Positions 17,490 through 26,396 of a stretch of DNA of 28,843 bases are shown one piece after another. The position numbers and the translations under genes are program-made. This DNA comes from Nitrosopumilaceae archaeon (lineage in GTDB: Archaea > Thermoproteota > Nitrososphaeria > Nitrososphaerales > Nitrosopumilaceae), in assembly GCA_052389415.1 (NCBI GenBank), contig JBQTHX010000016.1, forward strand, positions 1-28,843, written 5' to 3'. The notes under the pieces are model-generated. The model had not been told where the DNA came from and ran no database searches. It saw only the letters and a list, made by a program, of their open reading frames with translations. Position 1 is the first letter of the stretch, and each line of letters starts with the position of its first letter.

Positions 17490-18572
17490 TCATGTGTAAT
17501 CTGGCAATTGATTCACATTATTTTCTAGTTTGGCAATCTCGACGACTTGACTCTGATCGAGAATAGGTTGAAAAGCCTTAGTTGGTTTATCGTCCTGTCT
17601 ATTGATTTTCATCCAGAACAAAATCTGATACGAATCGTTTATTGTATCTATTTCTTTTTTTATAAATTCATCTTTGATTCTATCAATATGTTTCCAGATA
17701 AGACCTTCGATAGATTTAGTTCCAACACTGTGAAGACCCTGAAAGATGAAAACATCTCGCTCTGGTCTGTTTCCAGCATATCTTATTCTATTAGGAATTT
17801 TTGTTAAAACGGCATATTCTTCATCAATTTGAGAATTATTATCAACCTGTGGGCTCTTTGGCAAGTCAGATTTTTTTGTATCGTAAAATAGGTACCGAAA
17901 TTTTGTGATGTGCGGATCAGGTAGTACAGTATCCCCTCCAATATCTTCGATTTTTTGTTTTACCTGTACAGGATCGTTATAGTCAATTTCAAATTCCCAT
18001 CTTAGTATTCCCTTGTATCTGTCACTCAAAAATAATCTGTCATCGCCTTTGATATCATATCCAAGAGCTTTCTGAGAAGTTAATGTGGATTTTGCACTGC
18101 CTATTGCTAATATGTTTTCTGCTAAATGGGCATCCTCTAACTTACAATTATCCGTACTTAGTGTTTTGATATCCTCAAACACATGAGTACCTGTTGCCTT
18201 TGCTATGTTTCTAATAATCGGCAGATTAAGGAACCATTTGTTGACAAGTCGCCTTACCGCCTCTTTGTTTCCTGGATGAATGAAGTTTTCAAACTGTGGA
18301 TGTACATACCCAGGATCACATACTACATTATGTAAATGTGAAAAATAACTATCAACTAATTGTTGTTTTCTCCTACGATTCATGATATGATCTATCAATC
18401 TTTCTACACCTGCTTCAACACCTAGAGGAATATTAGGAATAAATTCACCAGTTGTGAAATTAATCATAGTATTTTCTAGGTTTCTGTATATCGGAATTGG
18501 ATCAGGAATAAAAAAGTATTTTTTAGATGAATTAAAGCCGAAGACGCACCTAGAAAGGTCAAATGGTATCAA
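17490..18572 (-). CDS. hypothetical protein (360 aa), directly downstream of cas1
   Basis: Long ORF on the same strand as Cas1, with a 51-nt gap. The C-terminal EYAVLTKIPNRIRYAGNRPERDVFIFQGLHSVGTKSIEGL looks like an alpha/beta strand-loop-helix element. No family recognised. Confidence 0.6.
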   Translation of the reverse strand: MIPFDLSRCVFGFNSSKKYFFIPDPIPIYRNLENTMINFTTGEFIPNIPLGVEAGVERLIDHIMNRRRKQQLVDSYFSHLHNVVCDPGYVHPQFENFIHPGNKEAVRRLVNKWFLNLPIIRNIAKATGTHVFEDIKTLSTDNCKLEDAHLAENILAIGSAKSTLTSQKALGYDIKGDDRLFLSDRYKGILRWEFEIDYNDPVQVKQKIEDIGGDTVLPDPHITKFRYLFYDTKKSDLPKSPQVDNNSQIDEEYAVLTKIPNRIRYAGNRPERDVFIFQGLHSVGTKSIEGLIWKHIDRIKDEFIKKEIDTINDSYQILFWMKINRQDDKPTKAFQPILDQSQVVEIAKLENNVNQLPDYT

Positions 18573-18623
18573 TTATTATTTATTTACAGAATTGTGTGAT
18601 AAAAACAGATCATTCAGCTGTAA

Positions 18624-19709
18624 TCAATTTTGTATAAGATTTATCATCACAATACAATAATCAGCTAAATTTTGTATTGTAATCTTTACTATAGTAATTT
18701 CTTGACACATTGACATTCCATTAGACATTTTCAAACCATGCTTAAACTTGTATGGTCTTTCTGCCTGAAATTTCCTTTCTAATATTTCCAAGAATCTTTT
18801 AATTAAATCCGAATCAAGTACCACTTTTCCTTCTCTTGTCCACGCATATTCATTTTTCTTAATGGACTGATCATAATTTTGATGATTTGCAACTTTATAC
18901 ACCGAATATTCAACTAACCACCTAAAAGGTTCAATCAAGTCATACACTAGAGCCTGAAACGAAGTGTGAGTTCTATGATAAAATCCATAGTAAGGATCTA
19001 AACCTAATCCATTCACAAACTTGGCAATTTCTCCTGCTAGTACAGTATAGCCATAATTGAGAAGCGCATTAATCACATCTGAAGCATATCTATTGGATAA
19101 CCTAATTCCACCACCATGGCGAGATTCAAACATATACTTTGGATCAAAGAGTTTAGCATAATTATTGAAATAGATATGTCCACATCTTGATTCTGTAGTT
19201 AGAAAATTACGATATTCTGTAAAATTCTCTACTTGTTTTAGATATAGTTCTAGTTGTGAAATTCCTTTCTGTAAATACTCTCTTTCTAAAGATTTTAGGA
19301 AATTAATCTGACTGTTTAATTTTTCAGTTAAAATCCATTTTCTAAGATACAGAACTTTGTCAGGATCACGAAATGTATCATACTGACCAATTCTATATCC
19401 AGTTGCTGTAGTACTAGACATTACATTATTCATATTAGAAATTAAATTCCCAAATGTGTCAGTTAATATTACATTGACATTTTTCTCAGAAAGTAGTTTT
19501 ATCGCATCTGTAGAAACATAACCACGACCAGAAATCACAATTTTTTCATAAGGGATCTGAGTAACAAACCATTCTTCCTTTTCAGATTTGTTTGATAAAA
19601 CATCTAATCCATTTTTTAAAATAACACGATTATCCTTTAGATGAATGGCTACTCCATAGCCACGAAGTAACTTGATGTTATAGTGATTTTTGTGCCCCTT
19701 TAGAGTCAT
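18624..19709 (-). CDS. cas1: Cas1 homolog without CRISPR context (casposase)
   Basis: The N-terminus is LRGYGVAIHLKDNRVILKNG. The conserved Glu context is TTESRCGHIYFNNY. ASDVINALLNYGYTVLAGEIAKFVNGLGLDPYYGFYH carries the catalytic His context. ALVYDLIEPFRWLVEYSV matches the D/E..EpFR motif. Length is 361 aa. Confidence 0.92.
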   Translation of the reverse strand: MTLKGHKNHYNIKLLRGYGVAIHLKDNRVILKNGLDVLSNKSEKEEWFVTQIPYEKIVISGRGYVSTDAIKLLSEKNVNVILTDTFGNLISNMNNVMSSTTATGYRIGQYDTFRDPDKVLYLRKWILTEKLNSQINFLKSLEREYLQKGISQLELYLKQVENFTEYRNFLTTESRCGHIYFNNYAKLFDPKYMFESRHGGGIRLSNRYASDVINALLNYGYTVLAGEIAKFVNGLGLDPYYGFYHRTHTSFQALVYDLIEPFRWLVEYSVYKVANHQNYDQSIKKNEYAWTREGKVVLDSDLIKRFLEILERKFQAERPYKFKHGLKMSNGMSMCQEITIVKITIQNLADYCIVMINLIQN

Positions 19710-19953
19710 GTTTTACCTTTTTCAAGTATTTTTTCTCTAAGGCATTTACGTAATCACTGTATGCAAGAATCAATTTTGTCATTGTTTCCACCACTGGAGT
19801 CAGATAGTGAAACGAATCGACTAGCGGAGTTGTTGAATTACCAGCAAGTTTAGCCTCTGTACTTTTTGTATTCCACGTGCTACATTTTTCTAAAAAATCT
19901 ATCTTACGTTTCTTGAGTTCTTCTCTTAGATCTTCTAACTTTGTTTGAATCAT
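19678..19953 (-). CDS. small helical protein at the casposon end, upstream of and overlapping cas1
   Basis: 91-aa ORF with an ATG start. Its 3' end overlaps the cas1 start by 32 nt, and it begins ~45 nt inside the right TIR. Confidence 0.45.
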   Translation of the reverse strand: MIQTKLEDLREELKKRKIDFLEKCSTWNTKSTEAKLAGNSTTPLVDSFHYLTPVVETMTKLILAYSDYVNALEKKYLKKVKHDSKGAQKSL

Positions 19954-19996
19954 ACTTCATTGAATGATATTTTAAACAAAATACTTTACGAGGACA

Positions 19997-20035
19997 TGCA
20001 GATTTTTAGGCGTAATCGAGGGGGATTCTATTTTT
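19997..20035. repeat. right terminal inverted repeat (TIR-R)
   Basis: tgcagatttttaggcgtaatcgagggggattctattttt is the reverse complement of 2956-2994, with one mismatch. Confidence 0.85.
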
Positions 20036-20051
20036 ATTCTTTATCGATAAA
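20031..20051. repeat. right copy of target-site duplication (functional 3' end of aEF-2)
   Basis: Identical to 2938-2958. Here it is continuous with the aEF-2 ORF (stop codon at 20034-20036 on the minus strand). Confidence 0.85.
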
Positions 20052-22226
20052 TTCGTCAGCGTTAGGTGGTTCCGGACTTAGTCCTTTTCTTTTTCTAATC
20101 TCTGACATTATTGTTAACAAGACAGAGTTTGGAACTGGTGTCCATGCTTTAAAGTGAGTATTCCACATGGCCTTTCCAGCTGTCTGACCCCTCATCACCT
20201 CGGAAAGATCAAAAGTTTCTGAAGCAGGAAGCTCTCCTGTTAGAATATGGACCACACCTTTTTGCTCCATGTTCAAAACCTTCCCTCGTTTTCCTGAAAT
20301 AACACCTGCAACATTTCCAATCATCTCCTGTGGCACCCTAACCTCGATTCCAAGTGTAGGTTCCAAAAGAACTGGTTGTGCTAAAAGCATAGCTCCCATG
20401 CACGCACGTCTTGACGCAGGACCAAGCTGCGACAGACCTCTATGTGCTGGATCCTCGTGTGGTACAAAATGATGGAAGACAAACTTGCATCCTCTGACCT
20501 GTTCCTTTGCCAGAGGTCCTTCTTTCATGGTGTCTTCAAATCCAGAAAGTATAGAATCAGTTGATTCTTGGATAAACTGCACACCCTTTGTGCCGTCTAC
20601 CATCACATTTCCCCTTGTATCAAAACGCATTACGCGTTTTGCTTCATCTCTGTCCCAACCAGCATTTCTTAAGATTTCTGCAACCTCTTTTTTGTCCTTG
20701 TACTCGTTTAGTGTACCGTTTCTAATCATTTCTGCAATTTTTTCATCCAAGGGTTCAACTCTCATAAAGATCTTGTTGTGTCTGTTTGGAGATTTTGCCA
20801 TGATAGGACCTGCCTGTGCCCTTATTGTCTCTCTATAATTGATCAAGGGCTGTGATGTTACAATCTGTACACCTGCATCAGCAATAAGCGATGTTGCAAT
20901 CTCTAGATGCAAGACACCCATTCCTGCAATCACTGTCTCTCCGCTTTCTTCGTTTATCTTTACAACAAGGTTTGGATCCTCGATTGTTATTCTGCGCAAG
21001 GCTTCAACTAGTTTTGGAAGATCTTTTGGATGCTTGGGCTCAACAGCAATTTGAACGACTGGTTCAGAAACATACTGGATTCCTTCAAATGTGTGAGTTC
21101 CTGCAACACTTGATAGAGTCTGTCCAGCTCTTGCATGTTCTAATCCCAAAAGTGCTGGGATGTTTCCTGCAGCAAGTTCGCCAACCATCTCACGTTGGTT
21201 TCCCATGAAAAAGTTGACTGATTGGATTCTTCCTTCTCTTTTGGTATCTATGATGTTTATTCTATCTCCATCTTTTATTCTGCCAGAAAATAATCTCCCA
21301 ATAGCTACTGGACCTGCAGCAGGATCAACTGTCATGTTTACAATCATCATGACAGTAGGACCGTTGTCATCACAATTCAAAAGCGCCTTTCCCATGTCTG
21401 ATTCTAAATCACCTTTCCAAATTTTTGGAATCCTGTATTTTTGTGCAACATCAGGGGACGGATGATGTTTTACCACCATTCCAAGTACTGCATCATACAA
21501 TGGCGCCTTTTCCGCAAGTGCTTTGATGTCTCCGCCCTCTGAATAAGCCGCATAGATGTCTTTGAAAGAGATTCCCTTCTTTTTCATGACATCTGCATTA
21601 AATCCCCATCTGTCCTTTGCAGAACCAAAAGAGACGCTTCCGTCCTGAATGCTTACCTTCCACTTTTCTTTATACTCTGGTTCTGCGTAAATGTCAATTA
21701 ATCTGTTAAAATTTGTAATAATTTCTACTAGCCACTCTTGCATCTTATCTGGAGTCAGTCTTAGTTCCTTTATGAGACGGTCTATCTTGTTGATGTACAA
21801 AACCGGTCTTACTCTTTCTTCTAGAGCTTGTCTTGTTACAGTCTCTGTCTGTGTCATTATTCCTTCCACAGAATCTGATACCACAACTGCGCCATCGATG
21901 GCCCTGAGGCTTCTTGTGACACGTCCAGTAAAGTCAATGTGTCCTGGGGTGTCAATCATGTTGATTACGTATTCCTGACCTTCTGCTTCATAAAGCAAGG
22001 TAACATTTGCCTGAACGATTGTCATCTGCCTGTCCTGCTCTAATTTCATAGAGTCCAACGCAAGGGCTTGACCAGCAACTGATGGGCTGATAATTCCACT
22101 TGATGCCAAAAGGCTATCGCTCATTGTTGTCTTTCCATGGTCTACGTGAGCAATGACTCCAAAGTTTCGGATGTTCTTCTTGTTTCCAATTATCTTTAGG
22201 ATCTGTTCTGTGGCCTTGTATTTCAT
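20034..22226 (-). CDS. fusA: translation elongation factor 2 (aEF-2)
   Basis: GTPase motifs are AHVDHGKTT, DTPGHIDF and NKIDR. The diphthamide-loop-like motif is HEDPAHRG. The 730-aa length is typical of aEF-2. Confidence 0.97.
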   Translation of the reverse strand: MKYKATEQILKIIGNKKNIRNFGVIAHVDHGKTTMSDSLLASSGIISPSVAGQALALDSMKLEQDRQMTIVQANVTLLYEAEGQEYVINMIDTPGHIDFTGRVTRSLRAIDGAVVVSDSVEGIMTQTETVTRQALEERVRPVLYINKIDRLIKELRLTPDKMQEWLVEIITNFNRLIDIYAEPEYKEKWKVSIQDGSVSFGSAKDRWGFNADVMKKKGISFKDIYAAYSEGGDIKALAEKAPLYDAVLGMVVKHHPSPDVAQKYRIPKIWKGDLESDMGKALLNCDDNGPTVMMIVNMTVDPAAGPVAIGRLFSGRIKDGDRINIIDTKREGRIQSVNFFMGNQREMVGELAAGNIPALLGLEHARAGQTLSSVAGTHTFEGIQYVSEPVVQIAVEPKHPKDLPKLVEALRRITIEDPNLVVKINEESGETVIAGMGVLHLEIATSLIADAGVQIVTSQPLINYRETIRAQAGPIMAKSPNRHNKIFMRVEPLDEKIAEMIRNGTLNEYKDKKEVAEILRNAGWDRDEAKRVMRFDTRGNVMVDGTKGVQFIQESTDSILSGFEDTMKEGPLAKEQVRGCKFVFHHFVPHEDPAHRGLSQLGPASRRACMGAMLLAQPVLLEPTLGIEVRVPQEMIGNVAGVISGKRGKVLNMEQKGVVHILTGELPASETFDLSEVMRGQTAGKAMWNTHFKAWTPVPNSVLLTIMSEIRKRKGLSPEPPNADEFIDKE

Positions 22227-22282
22227 GAATGAAAAAAATCGTTCTAGAGCGGGTATTAAATCTTCTCAAGAATCTATTAAGA

Positions 22283-23206
22283 TCAATAGATCATAGATGA
22301 GCTAGTTTCTCTAAGGTTCTTGGCTGTTACAAAAAAACAATCCTTTTGATTTTTTTTCTTGGCATGATACAATGTAACTAGTTCTGATACAAAAATAAAA
22401 AACAAAACAATTTCTTGGATGTTTTTTGTATTGGGAGAAAATCGTATCACACGTAGTCCATATTTTTTAAGACTGGATGCAAGCTTGGAGTTGTACTTGT
22501 TTTTTTCCTCAAAAATTATGACAGTGTCGCCTTTCTTTGCAGAAAACAGACCCATGTGTGAAAACTGTTCTATTCTCTCATAATGCGCGTCAAGACCGCC
22601 TATTTCGTAAAGCTTGGCTGCTCCAAACATGGCAATAGGAAAAGTATGGAGATTGCCAAGCAAGTAGATCTTACCTTCCAGTCTTACTTTTCTGCATTGA
22701 GATTTTGCAATATCAAACAGCCTAGAGGTCTTTCGTATCTCTAGTTTTGTTACTAGAGTCATGCATGTCATGGCGCTTGCAAGAAAGCTTATGCTGCCAG
22801 CTGTAAAGATTCCCGAGTTTGGATATTGGAGCAAAATCATTTTTTTGCATGCACCTGCTAGCCTGCTTTGAGGATTTGATGTTATTGATGTAGTATTTTT
22901 TGATATCTCGGCAAGTTTTATGTTTGAAACAGTGTTGCCAGAAATTGATACAAGATACAGATTTTTGTTTTGTGCTAGTTTTGGGTTTTTTAACAAATCA
23001 AGCGGATCCAAAGCTTTTGCTCTAAACTCAGAAAACGCCTCAGCAAGTAATGCAGAAACAAACGAGTCTCCAGTACCACAAAAAATTGTATTTTTTTGTA
23101 TTCTTTTGGCAAGTGGTTTTTGCGGGACAAAGTTTTTTATAAAATCTAACTGTAACATGATCTCCTTTTCAAATGCATCAACAGTTGACAATAATTTATT
23201 TTTCAT
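22283..23206 (-). CDS. SIS-domain sugar phosphate isomerase/binding protein
   Basis: FCGTGDSFVSALLAEAF and LVSISGNTVSN match the SIS GxGxS and SxSGxT motifs. A second SIS-like half is present. Confidence 0.7.
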   Translation of the reverse strand: MKNKLLSTVDAFEKEIMLQLDFIKNFVPQKPLAKRIQKNTIFCGTGDSFVSALLAEAFSEFRAKALDPLDLLKNPKLAQNKNLYLVSISGNTVSNIKLAEISKNTTSITSNPQSRLAGACKKMILLQYPNSGIFTAGSISFLASAMTCMTLVTKLEIRKTSRLFDIAKSQCRKVRLEGKIYLLGNLHTFPIAMFGAAKLYEIGGLDAHYERIEQFSHMGLFSAKKGDTVIIFEEKNKYNSKLASSLKKYGLRVIRFSPNTKNIQEIVLFFIFVSELVTLYHAKKKNQKDCFFVTAKNLRETSSSMIY

Positions 23207-23236
23207 AACTTGATATTTATAATAGAGCTCAAAAAT

Positions 23237-24076
23237 ATGGTTATGGAAATTATTCTAGGCCATACTCCTGATGCCGATGATGCCTTCATGTTTTATGGAA
23301 TGCTTTCAGGAAAAGTAAACTCTCATGATTTCAAAGTCAACCATGTTGTTGAGGACATTGAGACTCTAAACAGGAGAGCATTAAAACACGAGCTTGATGT
23401 TACTGCAGTCTCTGTCCATGCCTGTGCGTACATTCCAGATTACACTATATTGAGAAGTGGAGGAAGTTTTGGTAAAGCATATGGTCCTATCGTGATATCA
23501 AAACAAGACATGACTCTTGACAAGTTAAAACAATCAAAGATTGCAGTTCCTGGAAAACTCACATCAGCCTTTTTGCTTTTGCAACTGATGCTTGGAAAGT
23601 TTGATTATGTTGAGATGAAATTTTCTGATATTCCTGACGCAGTAGAGCGCGGCGACGCAGATGCTGGACTGGTCATTCATGAAACACAGATTACATATGA
23701 CCAGAATAAACTCACAAAACTACTAGACATAGGTACTTGGTGGGCCGATTCCACAGGGGGTCTTCCCGTTCCGCTTGGAATTAACGTAATTAGTAACCAC
23801 TTGGGACAAGATATGATACGAAAGTTTGATGATTACTTTCGCGAGTCGATAATTTATGGGATGAATCGTGTCAATGACGCCCTGGATTATGCAATGCAGT
23901 ACGGACGCGGCCAACCACGTTCACTAATTGAGCGATTTGTAAGGATGTATGTAAATGACATTACAATCGATATGGGGATCTTAGGTGAGAGCTCCATTAA
24001 AACACTATTTAGATTTGCAACTGAGAAGGGTCTTGTACCCGACTTTGACCTTAGAATTTCTCAAGCTACAGATTAA
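23237..24076 (+). CDS. MqnA/MqnD-family (VitK2_biosynth, periplasmic-binding-protein-like) menaquinone biosynthesis protein
   Basis: ILGHTPDADDAFMFYGM, AVSVHA and GLVIHETQ are typical of the COG2107/futalosine-pathway family. ATG 23237 is preferred over the tracked TTG 23210. Confidence 0.7.
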   Translation: MVMEIILGHTPDADDAFMFYGMLSGKVNSHDFKVNHVVEDIETLNRRALKHELDVTAVSVHACAYIPDYTILRSGGSFGKAYGPIVISKQDMTLDKLKQSKIAVPGKLTSAFLLLQLMLGKFDYVEMKFSDIPDAVERGDADAGLVIHETQITYDQNKLTKLLDIGTWWADSTGGLPVPLGINVISNHLGQDMIRKFDDYFRESIIYGMNRVNDALDYAMQYGRGQPRSLIERFVRMYVNDITIDMGILGESSIKTLFRFATEKGLVPDFDLRISQATD

Positions 24077-24331
24077 GATCAAAGAATGGTAAATGTTTAA
24101 TTCTATGAATTCATAAGACTTGTAAAACAGGTAAGCAGGTTCACAAAAGCTGATAGGTATTGGGTAGATATGCAGCTCCGATCTTCCCGCCTACCTGAAT
24201 ATAATAACGCATTACGACAATTAAAGGAACACGTAGAATTTGTACTATTTCCATTTAAGGAACATAGACTAGTTAATCAATTCAAACTATGTTCTGGTAA
24301 AGAGAAGTTATGCTTCTAGTCTAGTTGGTCA

Positions 24332-24568
24332 TCAACTTGTCAACTTTGCACCACATTGAGGGCAAAATTTACCATAGGACTGGAATCCGCAATTTTGACA
24401 AGAATTGACAAACTGAAACTTTGGTGATTTTTTGTTAATAAATTTTAATAACGGAAGAAAAACTATCGGAAGAAAAAAGAAGAATATTCCAAGCTGGAAC
24501 AATATGAAAGATATTAACAGTGATGCTGCAATTATGATTACAGTTAATGGCCATCCTGCCCATCGCAT
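24332..24568 (-). CDS. small membrane protein with C-terminal zinc ribbon
   Basis: Two hydrophobic helices are followed by CQNCGFQSYGKFCPQCGAKL. Confidence 0.55.
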   Translation of the reverse strand: MRWAGWPLTVIIIAASLLISFILFQLGIFFFFLPIVFLPLLKFINKKSPKFQFVNSCQNCGFQSYGKFCPQCGAKLTS

Positions 24569-24628
24569 TTGTATACTATATTTTATTTCAACTTAAAGAT
24601 TATAGGGAATGAAAATTCAGATCTAGAT

Positions 24629-24904
24629 ATGGACAAGCGAATATTTGTTGCAGGAATTGTAATGCTTGTTGTTGGGACATCAGTCTCGTTATATCTTAAC
24701 AACTCTATGCCGGTAGCTAGGGGAAATGTTACACAAGAGGAAGCTGCTTTACTTTTAGAGACCCAGGCAACATATCATCAACTAATCATGCTTTTTGGAT
24801 ATGTTGGTGCATTTGGCTTTCTAATCACTTTGATAAGTGTGGGTCTTAAAAGAAAGAAGGGTGGGGCAGGAAAGACTGTAACACAAAAACCTGCGCAGAC
24901 TTAG
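24629..24904 (+). CDS. small membrane protein
   Basis: Two hydrophobic helices (IFVAGIVMLVVGTSVSLYL and LIMLFGYVGAFGFLITLISVGL). ATG 24629 is preferred over the tracked upstream start at 24569. Confidence 0.5.
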   Translation: MDKRIFVAGIVMLVVGTSVSLYLNNSMPVARGNVTQEEAALLLETQATYHQLIMLFGYVGAFGFLITLISVGLKRKKGGAGKTVTQKPAQT

Positions 24905-26022
24905 AACTTGTGTAAAATTCTAAAAAACGTGTCCCTTTGTGCTGGCTGTCTGTCAATTTCTTTTACCATGTTTACAAGCTCTAGTACTGAAGAGCTTGTC
25001 CCTTTTCCTGCTGCACGGTAGATCTCTTCAGAAAATGCAGTACCAACAAGATCGTTTCCACCATGAGCTAAAGCTACCTGCGAAAGTTTCTTGCCCAAAG
25101 CAACCCAGTAAACAGAGATGTTATCAAGATAACCAGAAAGCATCAGACGGGACAAGGCAATCACTCTCAAGTCATATGTTGATGCACTCTCACTTGAGAT
25201 CAATCCCTTTTGTTCAAGCTCGGTATTTTCCAAACTAAACTTGAGAGGAATAAATGTCAAAAATCCATGGGTTCTTTTTTGAACTTCCCTTAGTTTTACC
25301 AAATGATCAATGATATGTTCAGGTTTTTCAATATGACCAAAAAGCATCGTCGCATTGCTTTTGATTCCAAGGTTATGAGCTTGTTCTATGGTATCAAGCC
25401 ACTCTTGTCCAGAGCATTTTCCCCTGACAATCTTTTCTCTAATCTCTGGATGGAAAAGTTCTGCTCCTCCTCCTGGCATCGTATCAAGTCCTGCTGCTTT
25501 TAGCCTGGAAAGAATCTCTTTGACAGAGTTGTGGGTTAGCCTTGCGATAAAGAAAATTTCTGCGGCAGTAAACGCTTTGATGTTCATTTCAGGATGGGTC
25601 TTTTTTATACTCTTCATCATTTCTTCATAGTAATCCAGTCCTAAATCAGGATGGAATCCTCCAACGATATGCACCTCGGTTGCACCCATGTCCTTTGCTA
25701 TGCCAACTCTTTTCTCAATCTCCTGTGGCGTCAAAGTGTATGCATCACTTTCGTTTCCTTTTCGATAAAAAGCGCACATCTGACAACTAGCAGCACAAAC
25801 ATTGGTGTAGTTCAAATAATATGAAGCAGCAAAAGTAACAGTATCACCAACTCGCTTTTTTCTAATCGAGTCTGCTGCAGCTCCAATCATATACAAATTA
25901 TCGTATTGCATTAGTTCTAGTCCGTCGTTGTAACTAAGTTCCTCTCCAACTAGCGCTTTTTGCAAAGCATCACTGTCTTTGATTAGCTTTTCTAGCACGT
26001 TTGAATCTGTATTTTCTGTCAA
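24901..26022 (-). CDS. radical SAM enzyme of the MqnC/MqnE/CofH family
   Basis: NYTNVCAASCQMCAF carries the CxxxCxxC cluster motif in the context typical of futalosine-pathway and FO-synthase-type enzymes. It lies close to the MqnA/D-family gene. I cannot separate MqnC from MqnE by eye. Confidence 0.85.
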   Translation of the reverse strand: MTENTDSNVLEKLIKDSDALQKALVGEELSYNDGLELMQYDNLYMIGAAADSIRKKRVGDTVTFAASYYLNYTNVCAASCQMCAFYRKGNESDAYTLTPQEIEKRVGIAKDMGATEVHIVGGFHPDLGLDYYEEMMKSIKKTHPEMNIKAFTAAEIFFIARLTHNSVKEILSRLKAAGLDTMPGGGAELFHPEIREKIVRGKCSGQEWLDTIEQAHNLGIKSNATMLFGHIEKPEHIIDHLVKLREVQKRTHGFLTFIPLKFSLENTELEQKGLISSESASTYDLRVIALSRLMLSGYLDNISVYWVALGKKLSQVALAHGGNDLVGTAFSEEIYRAAGKGTSSSVLELVNMVKEIDRQPAQRDTFFRILHKF

Positions 26023-26139
26023 TATAAAACTAACATAAAAGATGATAATGCAAAGGACGGTCTAGCTTTGTCAAGTTGACATTTTTTGGCATTAGTTTTT
26101 CTCGTTGATTAAAAGTTAAAAAAAAGAGGAAGCAGAATT

Positions 26140-26289
26140 CTAAGAGAGAAGAATTGCTGCTGTGATTCCTATGCCAGTGATTAAACCCAACCCATAAAAT
26201 AGAAGGTCAAAAGCTACCACTTTCTTAAAAGAGGCACGGATCTCTCTGCGCCAAATTGATGGTTTGGCTAGTATTTCAGTTGTTTTCAT
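26140..26289 (-). CDS. 49-aa tail-anchored membrane peptide, putative
   Basis: Translated by hand as MKTTEILAKPSIWRREIRASFKKVVAFDLLFYGLGLITGIGITAAILLS. It falls below the ORF-track length cutoff. Confidence 0.3.
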   Translation of the reverse strand: MKTTEILAKPSIWRREIRASFKKVVAFDLLFYGLGLITGIGITAAILLS

Positions 26290-26396
26290 ACATGTACTTG
26301 CTTTCGTTTACAGATAATCTCTTGTTAGCTAAAAAAGTAACTAGTAAGCTAATGTGTAAAGTCCAATTAATGTGTGCTATAGTGCTATAATATTTC

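Larger units (their letters stand above)
2956..20035. mobile_element. casposon (Cas1 + family B polymerase self-synthesizing transposon), ~17.1 kb, inserted at the 3' end of aEF-2
   Basis: The element has TIRs at both ends and a perfect flanking direct repeat. It encodes intact Cas1 and PolB ORFs. No integrase, capsid genes, CRISPR array or Cas2 is present. The interior is visibly more AT-rich than the flanking host genes (not computed). Confidence 0.85.

Noticed and set aside
17490-18572. The 360-aa orphan as the minimal nucleotidyltransferase partner of the HEPN protein
   Set aside because: The only GS-containing stretch (AIGSAKSTLTSQKALGYDIKGDD) does not satisfy the G[GS]-x9-13-D-x-[DE] NTase motif, and the protein is far larger than MNT antitoxins.
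18624-19709. Cas1 as part of a CRISPR-Cas adaptation module
   Set aside because: I saw no array of 25-40 bp direct repeats with unique spacers anywhere in the window. The neighbouring ORFs do not resemble Cas2, Cas4 or effector genes. The TIR/TSD/PolB context fits a casposon instead.
2938-20051. Integrated provirus or integrative plasmid using tyrosine-recombinase att sites
   Set aside because: The direct repeat alone would allow this. However, no integrase-like ORF (R..H..R..Y pattern), capsid, portal or terminase gene is recognisable, and the ends carry 39-bp inverted repeats, which att-type integration does not produce.
20031-20051. tRNA gene as the integration target
   Set aside because: The repeat lies within and just after the aEF-2 coding sequence. 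No cloverleaf-like or GTTCGAATC-type sequence is present near either junction.
20269-21978. Seven plus-strand ORFs (67-117 aa) overlapping aEF-2
   Set aside because: They are antisense shadow ORFs within a strongly supported, highly conserved gene, and their translations are low-complexity with no motifs.
24077-24331. 255-bp intergenic region with a possible long-range stem (caggtaagcagg ... cccgcctacctg) and two ttaaaggaaca-like direct repeats; considered as an ncRNA or regulatory site
   Set aside because: The pairing is imperfect. No known RNA family signature is recognisable by eye, and I cannot assess covariation or conservation.
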